From the NCBI GenBank assembly GCA_048772705.1, contig JBLWGC010000230.1:1302001-1366000 (forward strand): DNA of 64,000 bases. Direction: 5' to 3'. The position numbers and the translations under genes are program-made. Below are positions 48,533-60,545 of the stretch, one piece after another. The DNA comes from Leidyana gryllorum EB-2025a (lineage: Eukaryota > Protista > Apicomplexa). Under the pieces are notes generated by a model. That model was not told the origin of the DNA. It worked only from the letters and a program-made list of their open reading frames with translations, and ran no database searches. Each line of letters begins with the position of its first letter. Position 1 is the stretch's first letter.

Positions 48533-49746
48533 ATGGACGCCCAAGACACAGATCAAACTAGTCAAGAGATCCCCGGCGCCACATCCTCCCCAGACCCAGT
48601 TGGCCACACCAGTCAAGCTTCAGGGCCAGCCCGAGAAGAGGGGTCCCAAAGTCAGTTTCAGGACACCCAGAATGCTACTTGGGGTGGTGACAGCCCTTTT
48701 CGACAAGATGACGCGGCTTCGGTGTCAGGATTTGACGACGCACAGAGTGGGGTCTCTTCCCTAAATCGTCGACGGGGGTCCACAGGATCACCAACCGTGC
48801 AGAATGAGCAGCGAGAACCGAATCGAAATCGGCGGTGGTCATACAGTGCGGGGTCGTCGATCTTCGGTTCGCAGGCGACAAGGCGGTCTGGACAGGACAG
48901 TCAGCAGTCTCAGTGGGCGCACAGCACTGCGGTGAACCCGAATTCGAAGGAGCCCGTCAACCTCCATACCCCGCGACCCGTACTGGCCATTCTTCGGCGG
49001 TTTGTTGAGGTCATGCGATCCGAATGTGCCTTTCCCGAGCTGCTGCCGTCATGGTTTGGTAATCCCAATCACCTCTGCCCCGGTCTGGACAAGAGTGCCG
49101 TGGAGAAGCTCTTCAAAGCCTGGGAGGAGACACGGAAGACAGTGCAGAGCACAGTGAGCCCATCCGCGCGATCAAAGCCCCTTCACTTTGACCTCAACAG
49201 CCAGTGTCTATGGACAAGAGTGTGAGAGCACGATGGATGATTAATGAGGCAGCCGAGAGACGGTTGATGCGAGCCATTCAAATGTACCAACTGCGGCGAC
49301 TACACAAGGTGTTCAATGACCCCGTCACACCCCTGGAGATGCATGAGACAAACCCAACGGCCAAGCTGTATGAAGAGGAGGAGATGAAGGTGGCTGAGGC
49401 CTGGAAGAAGTTCACTGAAGATCGGTCGTTGTTCCTCCCAGAAGTAAGTTGAGACTAAAAGGGGGCGAGGGGCTGACCTGCTATTGCGTCGTAGTTGGAC
49501 CCTATTCACATTCATACCACTTCGTCTGAGCCTTCAAAGATGGATAATGCCGCTTTTGTTGAAGAGATGAAGCGGTCGGATCTCGATGAAGACGCGATGG
49601 GCAAGTTAGAGGAAGATTTTAAGCAATTTGAGAGTCGGGTTGAGTCAACTGGTTGTAAGAATCCTCTTCCCCAGGGACAGGTTTTCTTCACCTCGGAAGC
49701 TTTCAGAACGCAGGTGTTCAAAGGTCGCTTTATAGCTCGTCTGTGA
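48533..49746 (+). CDS. Hypothetical protein with disordered S/Q-rich N-terminus (introns 49154..49200, 49444..49494)
   Basis: Two GT-AG introns (47 and 51 nt) join ORFs 48533, 49204 and 49495 in frame. Confidence 0.7.
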
Positions 49747-49763
49747 TAGTCAAAAAATCTGCC

Positions 49764-52700
49764 ATGATGTACGCGGCGCCACAACGCTGGCCTCAACAAC
49801 CCAACCAGCAGCCCCACTGGCCTGGCCAACAATACCCTCAGCAGCCCCCTACACCCCAGTATCCTCCTTATGGAAGTGGTGGTGCCCCTCAAGGCCGCCT
49901 CCCATCGCCGGCTATCAATCCCCAACAGGGAGCCCCGCCGCCGCCGCCGCCACAATCCCGAGCAGTTACACCCTATGGGACTGCTGCCGTAGCCCCACCC
50001 ATGCAACCCCAAATGGGCTCTATGCAGCCACCCGGGGGAATGCCTCCGCAAGGGATGCCTCCGCAAGGGATGCCTCCGCAAGGGATGCCTCCGCAAGGAA
50101 TGCCTCCGCAAGGGATGCCCCCACAGTCGATGGCGGGTGGACAGCAACCGCCACAGGGTATGGTACAGCAGCCACAACAGCCCGGAATGCAAATGCCGCC
50201 CCATATGGCCAACATCCGTCCTGGTTCGAGTGCAATGTATCCTCAGCCGCAGCCCCCGCCACAGATGGGAGGTATGCCCAATCAGGGGATGGTGCCGCAA
50301 CAGGGTCAACAACCGGGTCAGGCTGTCCCGCCGCCACCCATGCAGCAGCAGCAATACGGAGGGTACATGCCGCAGGCTGGATACTCCGGTCCTGGGGCTC
50401 AGTATCAGGGGGGAGCTGACGCCGCTCATGACGCATTGGCAGTGAGTTAATATGTCCGCGAATGACCGGAACTCACGTCCGACGAAAACAGGCGGAATTG
50501 GCTGGCAGAAGCGCTTCTCAGGCGCTCGCTCGACCATCAATGAACAAGGTGCCAGGGAACAACACTGTTAAGGCAAAGCTCCAATTGCCCTTTGGGATGA
50601 TCTATCAGCCATTCAACAGCGAAGTAGATGTGCCTGTGGTCAATTATAATCAAGTTGTGAAGGTTGTGAGATGTCTCAAGTGTCGCTCATACATCAATCC
50701 GCTGGTTAAGGTGAGCAGATCAAATGTTCCCACTTCGAATGATAACAACTGCTCTCCTTTCTCTCCAGTGGATGCAAAACGGCAACAAATGGGTGTGTAA
50801 TCTGTGTGAGGCAGACAACGAGACACCGGCGCCTTTCCACTGCCCTCTCGATGGGAGTGGTCAACGTCAGGATCGTTCGAATCGCCCTGAGCTAATGTAC
50901 GGAGCAGTGGACTTCATTGCTTCCCAAGAGTATATGAACAGACCACCGATGGCACCCACATATTTGGTAAGGCAAAACGACCCTTCCTTGTTTGACGCTG
51001 ACCTTTGGCTCTCTTTCTCAGGTGTGTATGGACGTATCGGTTAATGCTGTGGCCTCTGGGCTGCTGAAGAATATGTGTGACGCTTTGAAGATTGTTATTG
51101 CTGAGGGGAAGTTGCCTTGTGTAGAGAGAGCACAATTTGGGATCTTAACATACGACACTAACGTTCACTTCTATACGATCAAACCCAATCAGACCACGCC
51201 TCATGTAAGTCTCAACGGCGACATTGTCGGTCTCCACTGTCCACTGTTCACTGAATGTCTAATTTCTCCGTAGATTTCGGTCGTACCCTGTGCACCTGAA
51301 CCCTTCCTGCCGACACCTGAAGGTATATTGGCCAGCGTGACAGAACGCAAGGATGAGTTCGTGGCCTTACTTGAAGCCTTGCCTGGGTACTGGAGAGCCC
51401 AAGATTGCCAGACTGTCAACGTTTCGGGTGCCGTAGACGCGTGCCGGACCGTTCTCAAGGCCACTGGCGGCAAACTGATATTCGTCATGTCCACTATGCC
51501 GACCGCTCCAGGACTCGGCTTGAACCCGAACCATGAGATCAAGGATGCCAAGAGTCGCCAAGGCGGAACACGGATACCCGACGAAGCCGATGGACTGCGT
51601 CCATCTTCAACGTGGTGTTCCACAGTGATCAATCAACTGGCGCTTCAGCAAGTTTCGGTCGACCTCATCGTTGCACCCCCCCAGAATACTCCCATGGACC
51701 TCGCCAGCTTGAATCAGCTGTGCAAACACAGCAGTGGTGACTTGAGATACTATCCAGGGTACAGGCCGCAGGTCTGGGAGACGAAATTGCGGAATGAATT
51801 ATTCAGAGCATTCAGTCGAAAGCAGGCGTAAGTGAAGTGTTTCATTGGGAGAAAAGCGGTTCTATTCTCTGTACAGTTGGGAGTGTGTGATGAGAGTGAG
51901 AGTCTCTAAAGGCTGGTCGGTCCGGATGTATTCTGGAAACTACGCCTTCCGTGGGGTGGACCTCATGTTGCTGCCTCAATTATCTGAGGACAGTAACTTT
52001 GTCGTTCAAATTGACAACGTGGACTCTGTTGTACCCGAACCCGCCTGCCATCTGCAATTGGCGGCCCTCTATACCACTTCGGAGGGAGAACGAAGAATCC
52101 GTGTTCTCACCACAGCACTGCCGACGAGTTTGGTGAGTGATGCGATATGTTGTCGGTAGGAACGAATGATGATTTCGTATTCAGCGACTACCGGAGCTGT
52201 CGACGGCCATCAATGTCCCCAATATGGCTCACGTGATTGCCACTCGTGCAATGGATGAAGCTCTGAAAGGGAAACTGGCGGATGCCCGGTCGGTTATCCA
52301 ATCTCAAACCGCCAGTTTGATCGCTGCGCTGAGCATTGGTCACCAGACAGTCCCACCGATTGCCGATCCCGCTTACCCGTTGGATGAGACGAATGCAATC
52401 CAACAGATGTGTCTGATCTGTGCGGGTATGCTGAAATGCTCCGCTTTCCGAGAAGGCAAAGACAGTAAGTCGAGATTGCAGCTCTCCTACATATACTGGT
52501 TTCCTCACCGTAGTTTCTGCCGACCAACGCGTCTTCTATTGGCATCGTCTGCGCACCTACAGCACCACGGCGCTGCACCGGTTCTTCGTGCCAGTCCTGA
52601 TGGATCTAACCAACTTGCCTCCACAGGCTGGGAACATAGATGATACTGGGTGAGTACTGATTGCTGGTTGGTTGTTGGGATAACGAACAATTTGTCAGCA

Positions 52701-53253
52701 ACGTGATGATGCCACCGACCCTTCGGCTGAGTCAACGTTTGATTAACGGAGAAGGAGTATATCTGATGTGTGACGGAGAATCGATATACATTTGGATCGG
52801 GAGAGGTGTGCGTCCCGAGTGGCTGCAGCAGATTTGGGGTTCCGCGTTCGCCGATCAGATTGGCTGCGATTTCGTGGACGAAGTTTTCGGTGAGGAGGCG
52901 AAACAAAGGTGTGGACAATGGAACGGCTGTGTAGGAACGACAAATTCGCCTCTGGCCCAACGGATAACTAACATTATCAGAGGGTTGAGAGCGAGGTACC
53001 CGGCGAACTACATGAAGGTGACATTGGTTAAACAGGGCGAGAATCTGGAATATCGGTGAGAGGGAGAGGTTGAGTGAGTGATTGATTGTACACTACTAAC
53101 TGCAGATGTTTCCTCCTCATGTCTGAGGATCGGAGTCATAGTGTTGGAGCGTCATTTATGGACATATGGCAGAAGTTCACCATGTCCAGAAACGCTCAAT
53201 CATCAGGATTGAGTACTACCCCACAAGCAAACTTTCAAGGAATATACCGTTGA
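49764..53253 (+). CDS. SEC24: COPII coat subunit Sec24 (multi-intron)
   Basis: P/Q-rich N-terminus; LPFGMIYQPF, RCLKCRSYINP..WVCNLC zinc finger, RPELMYGAVDFIA.EYMNRPP, DVSVNAV.SG trunk, SWECVMRVRVSKG, LQLAALYTTSEGERRIRVLT, gelsolin-like GVYLMCDGESIYIWIG, terminal MSEDR. Confidence 0.95.
50040..50125 (+). repeat. 15-bp coding repeat (MPPQG, about 6 copies) in the Sec24 N-terminus
   Basis: atgcctccgcaaggg tandem. Confidence 0.9.
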
Positions 53254-55603
53254 TCCTATCAGACACTGCAGCCGTTTGGGCGCCTTCTGTCCAATATCGG
53301 AGTCTATCCCCTTCGTCCTTGAGCGTATCGTTTTTGACACGTTCTTTGTATGTCTCTTCTGTGAATATTTCTTTACCCGACACAAACGACCCCTTGACAA
53401 GGCCTTGGAAAGGGTCTGGTGTGTTCGTGGCGGGCTGAAGAGTGAAAAATTCGCTGAGAGTGGAAGAGAGTACACTCCAAGCTTTTCTAAAGATGTTGCC
53501 AAGCCCCCCTGCTGCCAGCGAGTCTTCTTTTCGTAGCTGCTGGGTGGCTTTGACGACGTCAGTGTCGACGAATTGGTAGGGAGCGCCGACGTCAATGGGC
53601 TTTATTAACATGTAGCCTTCATCATCGTGATTCTTGTAACTGATCATACAGTGGACAAAAGCTTGGAAGGCCAGCAATGAGCGCTCGATCGCGCGCAAGC
53701 GTTTCCCTTGGATTCGTAGTAGAGTCTCCGCAACGCTTTGATTGCCCGGGAGCTCTTGCATTTGCTGTATACACGTTTGTTTCGCTGCTTGGCATAGTAT
53801 TGTGAAATTGCGCAGCTCTTCGGCAATGTCATTCAGTTTGGTGTTCTGAAAATACGCTTGGTCCCATCTGAATAAACCCTTCGAGTTACTGAGAGGAACG
53901 GCGCTGTCCGTTCGGCACCGTATCATTGTTCCGAGATTCGGGAGCTCAGGCTCCGCTTGCGCTTCATCTTCCTGACTCTGATGCTCAGCCGCCACACAGT
54001 CCATCATTCGGATTGCTTGCAGTTGTTTTAGCACTTCTCTCCCTATATTGACCAAGTCTCGGTGACTGCACTCAGTGAGAGTTGTGCACCCAAAATTCTG
54101 TGACGACTTGGCTCCCATTAGCAACAGGTCTTCTGACGCAAGCGGAGGCAAGGTCGGATCCGCTGCTCGCAGTGTCGCTACACTGGCATCGATCAGGTCT
54201 CGCCGGAAATCGTCCTTGTAGACCGATTTGGAGTCGCTTTTTTGATTCGCTGCCACCGTCCCGGCCCCAATTACAGCCAAGTCGTCGTCCGATAAAATAG
54301 TGTCGGCTGGCCGGTCAGGTACTATTTTCCAATGACTCAGATCCCCTTCAATGACAATCTCTCCCGTCTCCATATCATACGCATACTGCATCCACACCGG
54401 TGCAGACTTGTGGTATGGCGTAGCCCACATGCGATGAGCAGTCTCCCCAAACCCAGGAAGCCCAAAAGCGTGAATCACATACTCTACAGGCCGCTCCAAC
54501 ACCCACAGCATTTGCCGATAGTCTTGATAAGAAATACTCTCGCAGACTCGAAATATCGTCAATGCCAAACCCATAAGCCTCTTGTTCCATCCCCAAGCGT
54601 TCCCCGTGAGGATAAAGTGAGAAAGCCGAGAAGCCAAATTGCCGACCCCGATGATTCCCAAATTAGTATTTATTGCTTCTGCCCATGCAGGAGGAGTACT
54701 CCCCGTCTCCATGGGCTGATAGGGATTCTGTACCGGAGCGAGCGCTACGGCAATCTCATTCACTTCGTCGGCCGCTCCCGAATCCACGCTGCTGCCCTTC
54801 TGATTGGCCTCTGAACTCCCCCCCTTCAAGATCTTCTGCCAGATTTGTCTTATTCGTTGTTGACTTTGCGGTGTCGACGGATCCTCCTCGTTGTCCCCCC
54901 GCGCACAGTCAGTCGCCGGTCGGGTGCACCGAGTCCCAGTGAGTGTCTGCTTGCAGGGATCGATCGGAAGCAGTTTGAGAGCATTCAAACAGTGATAACG
55001 TGACATCTGGGTCGCTGCCGCCACGCGGTCCATGCAGCCGCATTGATGTTCTTTACAAAAGTTGAACCTCCCAGGACAGGTGCGGGACCGATGTTCGATG
55101 ACGAGACTCGAATCGGGGCTCGCGAAGGGGCCTCGTAGACTGGAAAATAGATCAGTTCGATATAAAGGTCGTAAAAGTTCACAAGCAATTAAGAGATTCC
55201 AGCAATTGGGATGGTTGAGACAAGTGGAGGTCCGCCAACTCACGCAGCTGCTCCGTTCCCAATCATTGAGTATATTGAATACCCGAGCCAGTTCGCTGAC
55301 TCGGCAATTCATGCAGCCTGGTGCTGCCGGCTGCGCCATAATGTTCGGCTCAAACGACCGAGCCGCACTCGGACATTGACTGGAAGCATCTTGAATGTGC
55401 CTCTTCAGCGTCGTCAGTATGTCGCCGGTCGTAATCGACCAAACTTTCCAAGGATGTGTGGCCAACTTGCGTATATCTTCCGTTCTTAGGGGCCCTGTGA
55501 CAACTTGTGGCGATTGCACATAGGAGAAGAGAGACACGCAAGCACCCAGTACCCAGCTAGGTGGGTCGTCAGATAGAAGACGCGTGCAGACACCTAACCG
55601 CAT
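53216..55603 (-). CDS. Intronless hypothetical protein (795 aa) with Cys/His-rich N-terminal third and coiled-coil-like C-terminus
   Basis: 2.4-kb ATG-initiated ORF; no family recognised. Confidence 0.7.
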   Translation of the reverse strand: MRLGVCTRLLSDDPPSWVLGACVSLFSYVQSPQVVTGPLRTEDIRKLATHPWKVWSITTGDILTTLKRHIQDASSQCPSAARSFEPNIMAQPAAPGCMNCRVSELARVFNILNDWERSSCVSWRTSTCLNHPNCWNLLIACELLRPLYRTDLFSSLRGPFASPDSSLVIEHRSRTCPGRFNFCKEHQCGCMDRVAAATQMSRYHCLNALKLLPIDPCKQTLTGTRCTRPATDCARGDNEEDPSTPQSQQRIRQIWQKILKGGSSEANQKGSSVDSGAADEVNEIAVALAPVQNPYQPMETGSTPPAWAEAINTNLGIIGVGNLASRLSHFILTGNAWGWNKRLMGLALTIFRVCESISYQDYRQMLWVLERPVEYVIHAFGLPGFGETAHRMWATPYHKSAPVWMQYAYDMETGEIVIEGDLSHWKIVPDRPADTILSDDDLAVIGAGTVAANQKSDSKSVYKDDFRRDLIDASVATLRAADPTLPPLASEDLLLMGAKSSQNFGCTTLTECSHRDLVNIGREVLKQLQAIRMMDCVAAEHQSQEDEAQAEPELPNLGTMIRCRTDSAVPLSNSKGLFRWDQAYFQNTKLNDIAEELRNFTILCQAAKQTCIQQMQELPGNQSVAETLLRIQGKRLRAIERSLLAFQAFVHCMISYKNHDDEGYMLIKPIDVGAPYQFVDTDVVKATQQLRKEDSLAAGGLGNIFRKAWSVLSSTLSEFFTLQPATNTPDPFQGLVKGSFVSGKEIFTEETYKERVKNDTLKDEGDRLRYWTEGAQTAAVSDRINGIFLESLLVG

Positions 55604-55823
55604 GATTGAAGAGGCATAAAGGATCAGCTTCCAGAAGAGGTTGGCCAGGCATACAAGGTGATATTACCCAGCCGACATCCAATCCGAGACTTGCTCGATC
55701 TTGGGACCGGTATGGAGATTGCGGTCGCAGATATATAATGAGACGAGGAAGATTTAAAAATTATGAGAACAAACATCGCAATGTTGAAAAGACGACTCAA
55801 GATGATCTCTCTCAACGCACTGT

Positions 55824-55905
55824 GAGGTCGGCTAAGTAACGACATCATTTTCACTTATACTGGGAGGTCGGCTAAGTAACGACATCATTTTCACTTATAC
55901 TGGGA
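55824..55905. repeat. Perfect 40-bp tandem duplication
   Basis: gaggtcggctaagtaacgacatcattttcacttatactgg at 55824 and 55864. Confidence 0.9.
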
Positions 55906-56759
55906 AACAGCTTTAAGCGACGCCGAAGTGAACTGTTCGGTCCCTCCAGGTTACTTTGGAGTTCCTTACATTCCTTCTCGAGTTGAGCTCTGGTGTATTT
56001 GAGAATAGCCTCAGTTTTTTCGGAATCCCCCTCCGCCACTGGAACCCATTCCTGAGAGCTCATTAACGTCAATAGACCTCTGAAAGACCCGTCTGGATTC
56101 GCTATACTGTCGTCGCCCCCGGAGTTCTCCCGACAAACCGCGCCAATTTGTTCGACTATTCGCTCGTGTTTCTTGTTGGACCCTACTCTTTTGTGCTGGG
56201 TAAAGACGGTATTACGGAGAAAGGTTCGCCTCAAGGCCTCCTGGTGGGCTTGAGCCTCGCTGTAGTGGCGAAGTAGACGCCGTTTCCCCCACGAAAGCTT
56301 GAGAGACTTGGGCGAGATGGCCTTGGGGGAGCCAGGGGTGACGTCGGTCCAGCCCAATGCCTGTTTAGCGAGCTCCAACATGCGGCAGCCATCGCACTTT
56401 ATAGCCAGATCGGAGTCTTTGGCGTGGTTGCAGGAGAAGTAGAACAAAACGGTCTCTAAATCGGCCCTTGAAAAAGAGAATGGTTCGTCTGACGCATATA
56501 ACATCAGCAGATTCTTCAAGGCGCCGAACCGGCGCTTGGCAGAATCATTCGCTGAGCCATCGGATATGTTCGAGTCCACGAGGGTGGCCGGAACTTCCCA
56601 TGTTCTAACAGTTCCAGGTGGGAAGATTGTTGCTAATATAGGGGATAGAGCGCAGATCCCGTCACTCTTGGCCTGTGGCCGAAATACCACATGCATTATA
56701 AGTGAACCTTCAATAAAAACAATATTGCCACCACGGAAATCAAACAGATTCTGTGTCAT
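55872..56759 (-). CDS. Intronless hypothetical protein (about 295 aa; start uncertain)
   Basis: Open frame 55872..56834; first true ATG at 56759 (MTQNLFDF). Confidence 0.55.
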   Translation of the reverse strand: MTQNLFDFRGGNIVFIEGSLIMHVVFRPQAKSDGICALSPILATIFPPGTVRTWEVPATLVDSNISDGSANDSAKRRFGALKNLLMLYASDEPFSFSRADLETVLFYFSCNHAKDSDLAIKCDGCRMLELAKQALGWTDVTPGSPKAISPKSLKLSWGKRRLLRHYSEAQAHQEALRRTFLRNTVFTQHKRVGSNKKHERIVEQIGAVCRENSGGDDSIANPDGSFRGLLTLMSSQEWVPVAEGDSEKTEAILKYTRAQLEKECKELQSNLEGPNSSLRRRLKLFPSISENDVVT

Positions 56760-57348
56760 CCGAATCGGTTTGTGGACCCTTCCGAGTTCCAGTGCGGATC
56801 TCCTTATAGTTCTTCCGCTCCCAACCTGATCCACCGACCGACACCACCATCGTCAGACTCTTCACCGCCCCATTTGCCCACCAGAAGGCAATGAAAAAGA
56901 GCACATACCAGGTGGTGGTCCATGCCATATTGAACTTATCCTCCGAGGTCACCCCATCATTGTCGACCCAGTAGATAATGAAGTCAACCCAACGACCGAT
57001 CAGAGTGAAGATCCAAGCCCACAGCACCAGTCCGAGCGCTGCAACGAGAAATTAAAACTCGAGAGAGAAATCTATATATTATTTACCTGTCTTGAAAAGC
57101 CCCAAGCCCTTCGGCCATCGGATCAGCACAGCCAGTATTCCTAGCACACCGCACAGGATTATGAAAATGTTTACAGCCAGAGTTATCCAGGTCCAAACGG
57201 AAGAGTGGTCTGATCGTATGTTGGACTGAAGGGTCACCACCTCTGCAGCCACAATAAGTACTGCCAGAATCAATACAAACAGCGATAACGGCATACACAG
57301 GACCTTGCTCATGTCTTTCCTCGAGGCAGGGATGCAACAGCACCCCAT
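56740..57348 (-). CDS. 4-TM membrane protein, GGxGWExK family, copy A (intron 57039..57086)
   Basis: MGCCC N-terminus, four hydrophobic helices, VVSVGGSGWERKNY; intron position shared with paralogs. Confidence 0.85.
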
Positions 57349-57461
57349 CTTATCGCGATACTATAACAACCTTAATCAGTGATTGACAAGAAATGTACCA
57401 AAACCCTAATATCAGTACCCATGAGCTCAAAGTATGTGTGCGATGTCCCACAGGTGCCTTA

Positions 57462-57517
57462 ATCAGTCTGTCTGAACTGTTCAATGGCCATCAGTCTGTC
57501 TGCACTGTTCAATGGCC
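57462..57517. repeat. 28-bp tandem duplication (1 mismatch), intergenic
   Basis: atcagtctgtctg(a/c)actgttcaatggcc twice. Confidence 0.8.
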
Positions 57518-57701
57518 AAAAGCGTCTTGGGTTTGGCAATGAATCATCGCACTCTATGTACAGCGGCCGACAAAGAATAGAAGAACGGAACCGAAAACTC
57601 AAACTAAGCCGAATATTCTTGCGTCCCTTCAGCCCTGTCTGTGACCAACGACAATCAAAATCTGAGGCTTATCCTTTCAAAAGCCGAATGACGTCGTCTT
57701 C

Positions 57702-58324
57702 TCAAGCCATCGCCGAAACATCATTGACGTCTTGCGATCCCTTTGCTTCGGTTTGGGCTCCCGCAATCTCGAGATAGCTCTTTCCTTCCCAACCGTGGCC
57801 TCCGACCGAACATACCTTCTCCATGCTCATGATCGCGCACAAGTACCAATGAGCGACGATCAGGTACAAGCCACCGAAGAACGAGGACCACCGAACCTGG
57901 AACACGACCCCCTCTGAAAACTCGGCGGGCAAGTAACGCGCACGGGTGGAGTAGATTGTCCATTTGGTGATCACAACGCACATCTCAATCGGTATGATCG
58001 CAGCGGCACCTAAAGTCAGAATGGATTGCCTTCTTCCGCGGAACCAAAACAAATCTTACCAATCCTTAGATACTTCAGTCCCCCTTCCGATCTCGCGGCT
58101 GCTGCTAGCAGCCCGAGAACACCACAGATTAGTACAAAGACATCAAAGACCATCACATCCCAGAAGTATCCAAGTTTAGCTTCATCTCTTGCGAAGACGA
58201 TAAGCTCTTCCAACTTGTTCACGATGAGCATTAATGAAACGATCAATACTACCAGGGCCAGCGGGCAGCATCCCCATATCTTGACCATGTCGTTCCTGGG
58301 AGGCGGCATCACAAGTCTTGACAT
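57702..58324 (-). CDS. 4-TM membrane protein, GGxGWExK family, copy B (intron 58010..58059)
   Basis: PPPRND..IWGCCPLAL..NKLEE..FDV..GVLG; WYLCAIMSMEKVCSVGGHGWEGKSY. Confidence 0.85.
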
Positions 58325-58655
58325 TGTTACAAAGTCGATCTGGACTCCGTGCCAATGTTCCTATCACCAACAAAACAGTCACTTATTTGACGAAGCTGTG
58401 AATTCAGAGGCAGAGCTGCGTGTGATCAATCCGCCGTTTTGTTGCTCCGCCTTTGCGTTGCAACACCGAAAAAGCGAATCCCAAGTATGATAACTCCGAT
58501 CAGTCACATTATCAGATCACTTCTCCGTCAGGTCACTCATTCATTGATTGATTGAGATGGAGTGATGCCAACTGAGTGGGCATTGTGCCGCCACATCTAT
58601 ACCACTCTGTCCACTTCACCATGGTCACGCTGCCGGTCGTAAAGTTAGCTCAGCT

Positions 58656-60545
58656 ATGTCACAATTCCCCGCTCGTCCGTACCCATCCATCCCCTCAATG
58701 AGATTCTCAAGAAACCTTAAGCTCCCTCACAGTCGTCGAGACACTTTGTACTCTTCAGGGGGTCGTAACGTAACGTCACGTCAACAAACGCCTCTGAATA
58801 GCTTTCGAAACTCTGTACCAAAATGCGCGTCCCAACTGATTCCAGAGACCGTTTTATCTGATCGGACTCAAACCTGGCGGCCTGCCCTCCACCAGCCACC
58901 ACTTGAGCCCATCAGGGCGACAAAATGCATTGGAGCAATTGCAGATCTCTGTAAAAGGTATACATACACACCGAGTTCCCCTCCCGTCACAGCCTCTATA
59001 CTGATGTTCAATCACCCCTCTCCTACTGTGTCGCGGTGTTCGGACCGTTTGAACCGTTTGACGCCGATTTCGACGAGTATGGCAACAGTGGCCGCTGAAC
59101 CAGCGCTGTCAATGAGAGAAAGAGCTCTGCCACCAGCCGGGGGAGGCACGTCGCCGCTCAGGGCGCTCCCCGACAGAGCAGCTGAGTCACACTTGTTCCG
59201 TCCGATGGGATCATTGGCTACTACCCCGGGCTATGTATCCCGTCCTTCGTCATCCGCGGCTGTCGGTCCGCCGGCCTCAACTGTACCTTTGCGGCGGATA
59301 ACAGGATCGACCTTACCCTACAGCCCGGCCCTTGAACTCAATCCAACTCAGGGGCGTCTGGATCAGCATGATAACAGCAAAGCCGTGGAGGAGCTCTGCT
59401 CCCGGATTCAACGTCTCAACGGGCACCCGGAAGCAGTGGCCATAGTCGAGGAAGTGCTGAACATCGTTGAAAGCCATCTGGGAACACCGCAAGAAGAGTA
59501 CATCAGGCAACATCTGCAGAGATGGGCATCCAATCCGTCTCCTTCAACTCCCCCCAGTGCTGTTTCTGATGATTATAAAACTCCAGAGTGGATATCAGTG
59601 CTCAACGAAATGACCGCCGCGGTCATTGAGACGCTTTTGGAAGGTAGTGATAGCTACTTTCCTCAGTGGCACACGATACCTCTGAACTGGGATCTGTCAA
59701 GATTGCATCGGCACGACTTCTCCAAGCCAATATTTCGAGAGAACGCGGTCAATGAAGCCATATGTGGGCTATTGAGCCAAGTTTCCAGCGAGGATTATGT
59801 CCTCGACCTCCGGAAATCGCCACCCTTGAGAGTCAAATGGAAAGGTCGGGGTCACGTCACAGCCGCACCGCCACCCTTACTCGCCACCTTGGTGTGGTTG
59901 TGGTCACCCTATCCAGTCTTCTGGAAACGCTTCACCGATGCCAAAGCTTGTGATGTGGTCTCTGACTGCAGCGTGATGCACTGTATGGCTTGCGGGGCCA
60001 GATGGAGTCGCTCACATTCGAGTCCGCCAAATCCGAAATGCATGTGCCGCCGAAGCATCCTGTGCCTCGACACTTTCGCCAAAGAGGAAGTGCCGCAGGA
60101 TCGAAAGCGCGTTAATGCCCTGACCGATGACGAGTACCGCAGATACGCCCGTAAGTGCCTTCAGATGGCAAACCGCGAGAGAAAGATATCTTGGCTCGAA
60201 GACGACTTCAACTTCCAGCCAACTCTTGCCGATGCTGAATGGCTCAAGAGTTTGTCTTCGAGCCAAGTTGAACGTCTGATGAGGTCACTGATTGTATTGC
60301 CACCTGGGGCCTCCACTTTGCTGCCACACCCCACTCCGTGTCCACTCTGCAATTTTGGACGTAGAGGCAACAGGAGGACCCGAGGCTGTTCATGGTGCGC
60401 TTCCTTGAAACCCGAGGAAATGGCTTCGGATTCAGACAGCTCAAGCGAAGGGGCTTTTCGAAAACGGAACAAGAAAGCGTCCCCTGGTTCCTTCAAGCGT
60501 AGACGAAACGAGAACGATAAGCCAGACCAAGAGATTGATAGATAG
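58656..60545 (+). CDS. Intronless hypothetical protein (up to 629 aa) with C-terminal Cys pairs and a basic NLS-like tail; start uncertain
   Basis: 1.9-kb ORF; HCMACG..KCMC, CPLC..CSWC, RKRNKK..FKRRR. Confidence 0.65.
   Translation: MSQFPARPYPSIPSMRFSRNLKLPHSRRDTLYSSGGRNVTSRQQTPLNSFRNSVPKCASQLIPETVLSDRTQTWRPALHQPPLEPIRATKCIGAIADLCKRYTYTPSSPPVTASILMFNHPSPTVSRCSDRLNRLTPISTSMATVAAEPALSMRERALPPAGGGTSPLRALPDRAAESHLFRPMGSLATTPGYVSRPSSSAAVGPPASTVPLRRITGSTLPYSPALELNPTQGRLDQHDNSKAVEELCSRIQRLNGHPEAVAIVEEVLNIVESHLGTPQEEYIRQHLQRWASNPSPSTPPSAVSDDYKTPEWISVLNEMTAAVIETLLEGSDSYFPQWHTIPLNWDLSRLHRHDFSKPIFRENAVNEAICGLLSQVSSEDYVLDLRKSPPLRVKWKGRGHVTAAPPPLLATLVWLWSPYPVFWKRFTDAKACDVVSDCSVMHCMACGARWSRSHSSPPNPKCMCRRSILCLDTFAKEEVPQDRKRVNALTDDEYRRYARKCLQMANRERKISWLEDDFNFQPTLADAEWLKSLSSSQVERLMRSLIVLPPGASTLLPHPTPCPLCNFGRRGNRRTRGCSWCASLKPEEMASDSDSSSEGAFRKRNKKASPGSFKRRRNENDKPDQEIDR

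Noticed and set aside
49512-50540. 342-aa minus-strand ORF
   Set aside because: Antisense shadow of the Pro/Gln-rich Sec24 N-terminus
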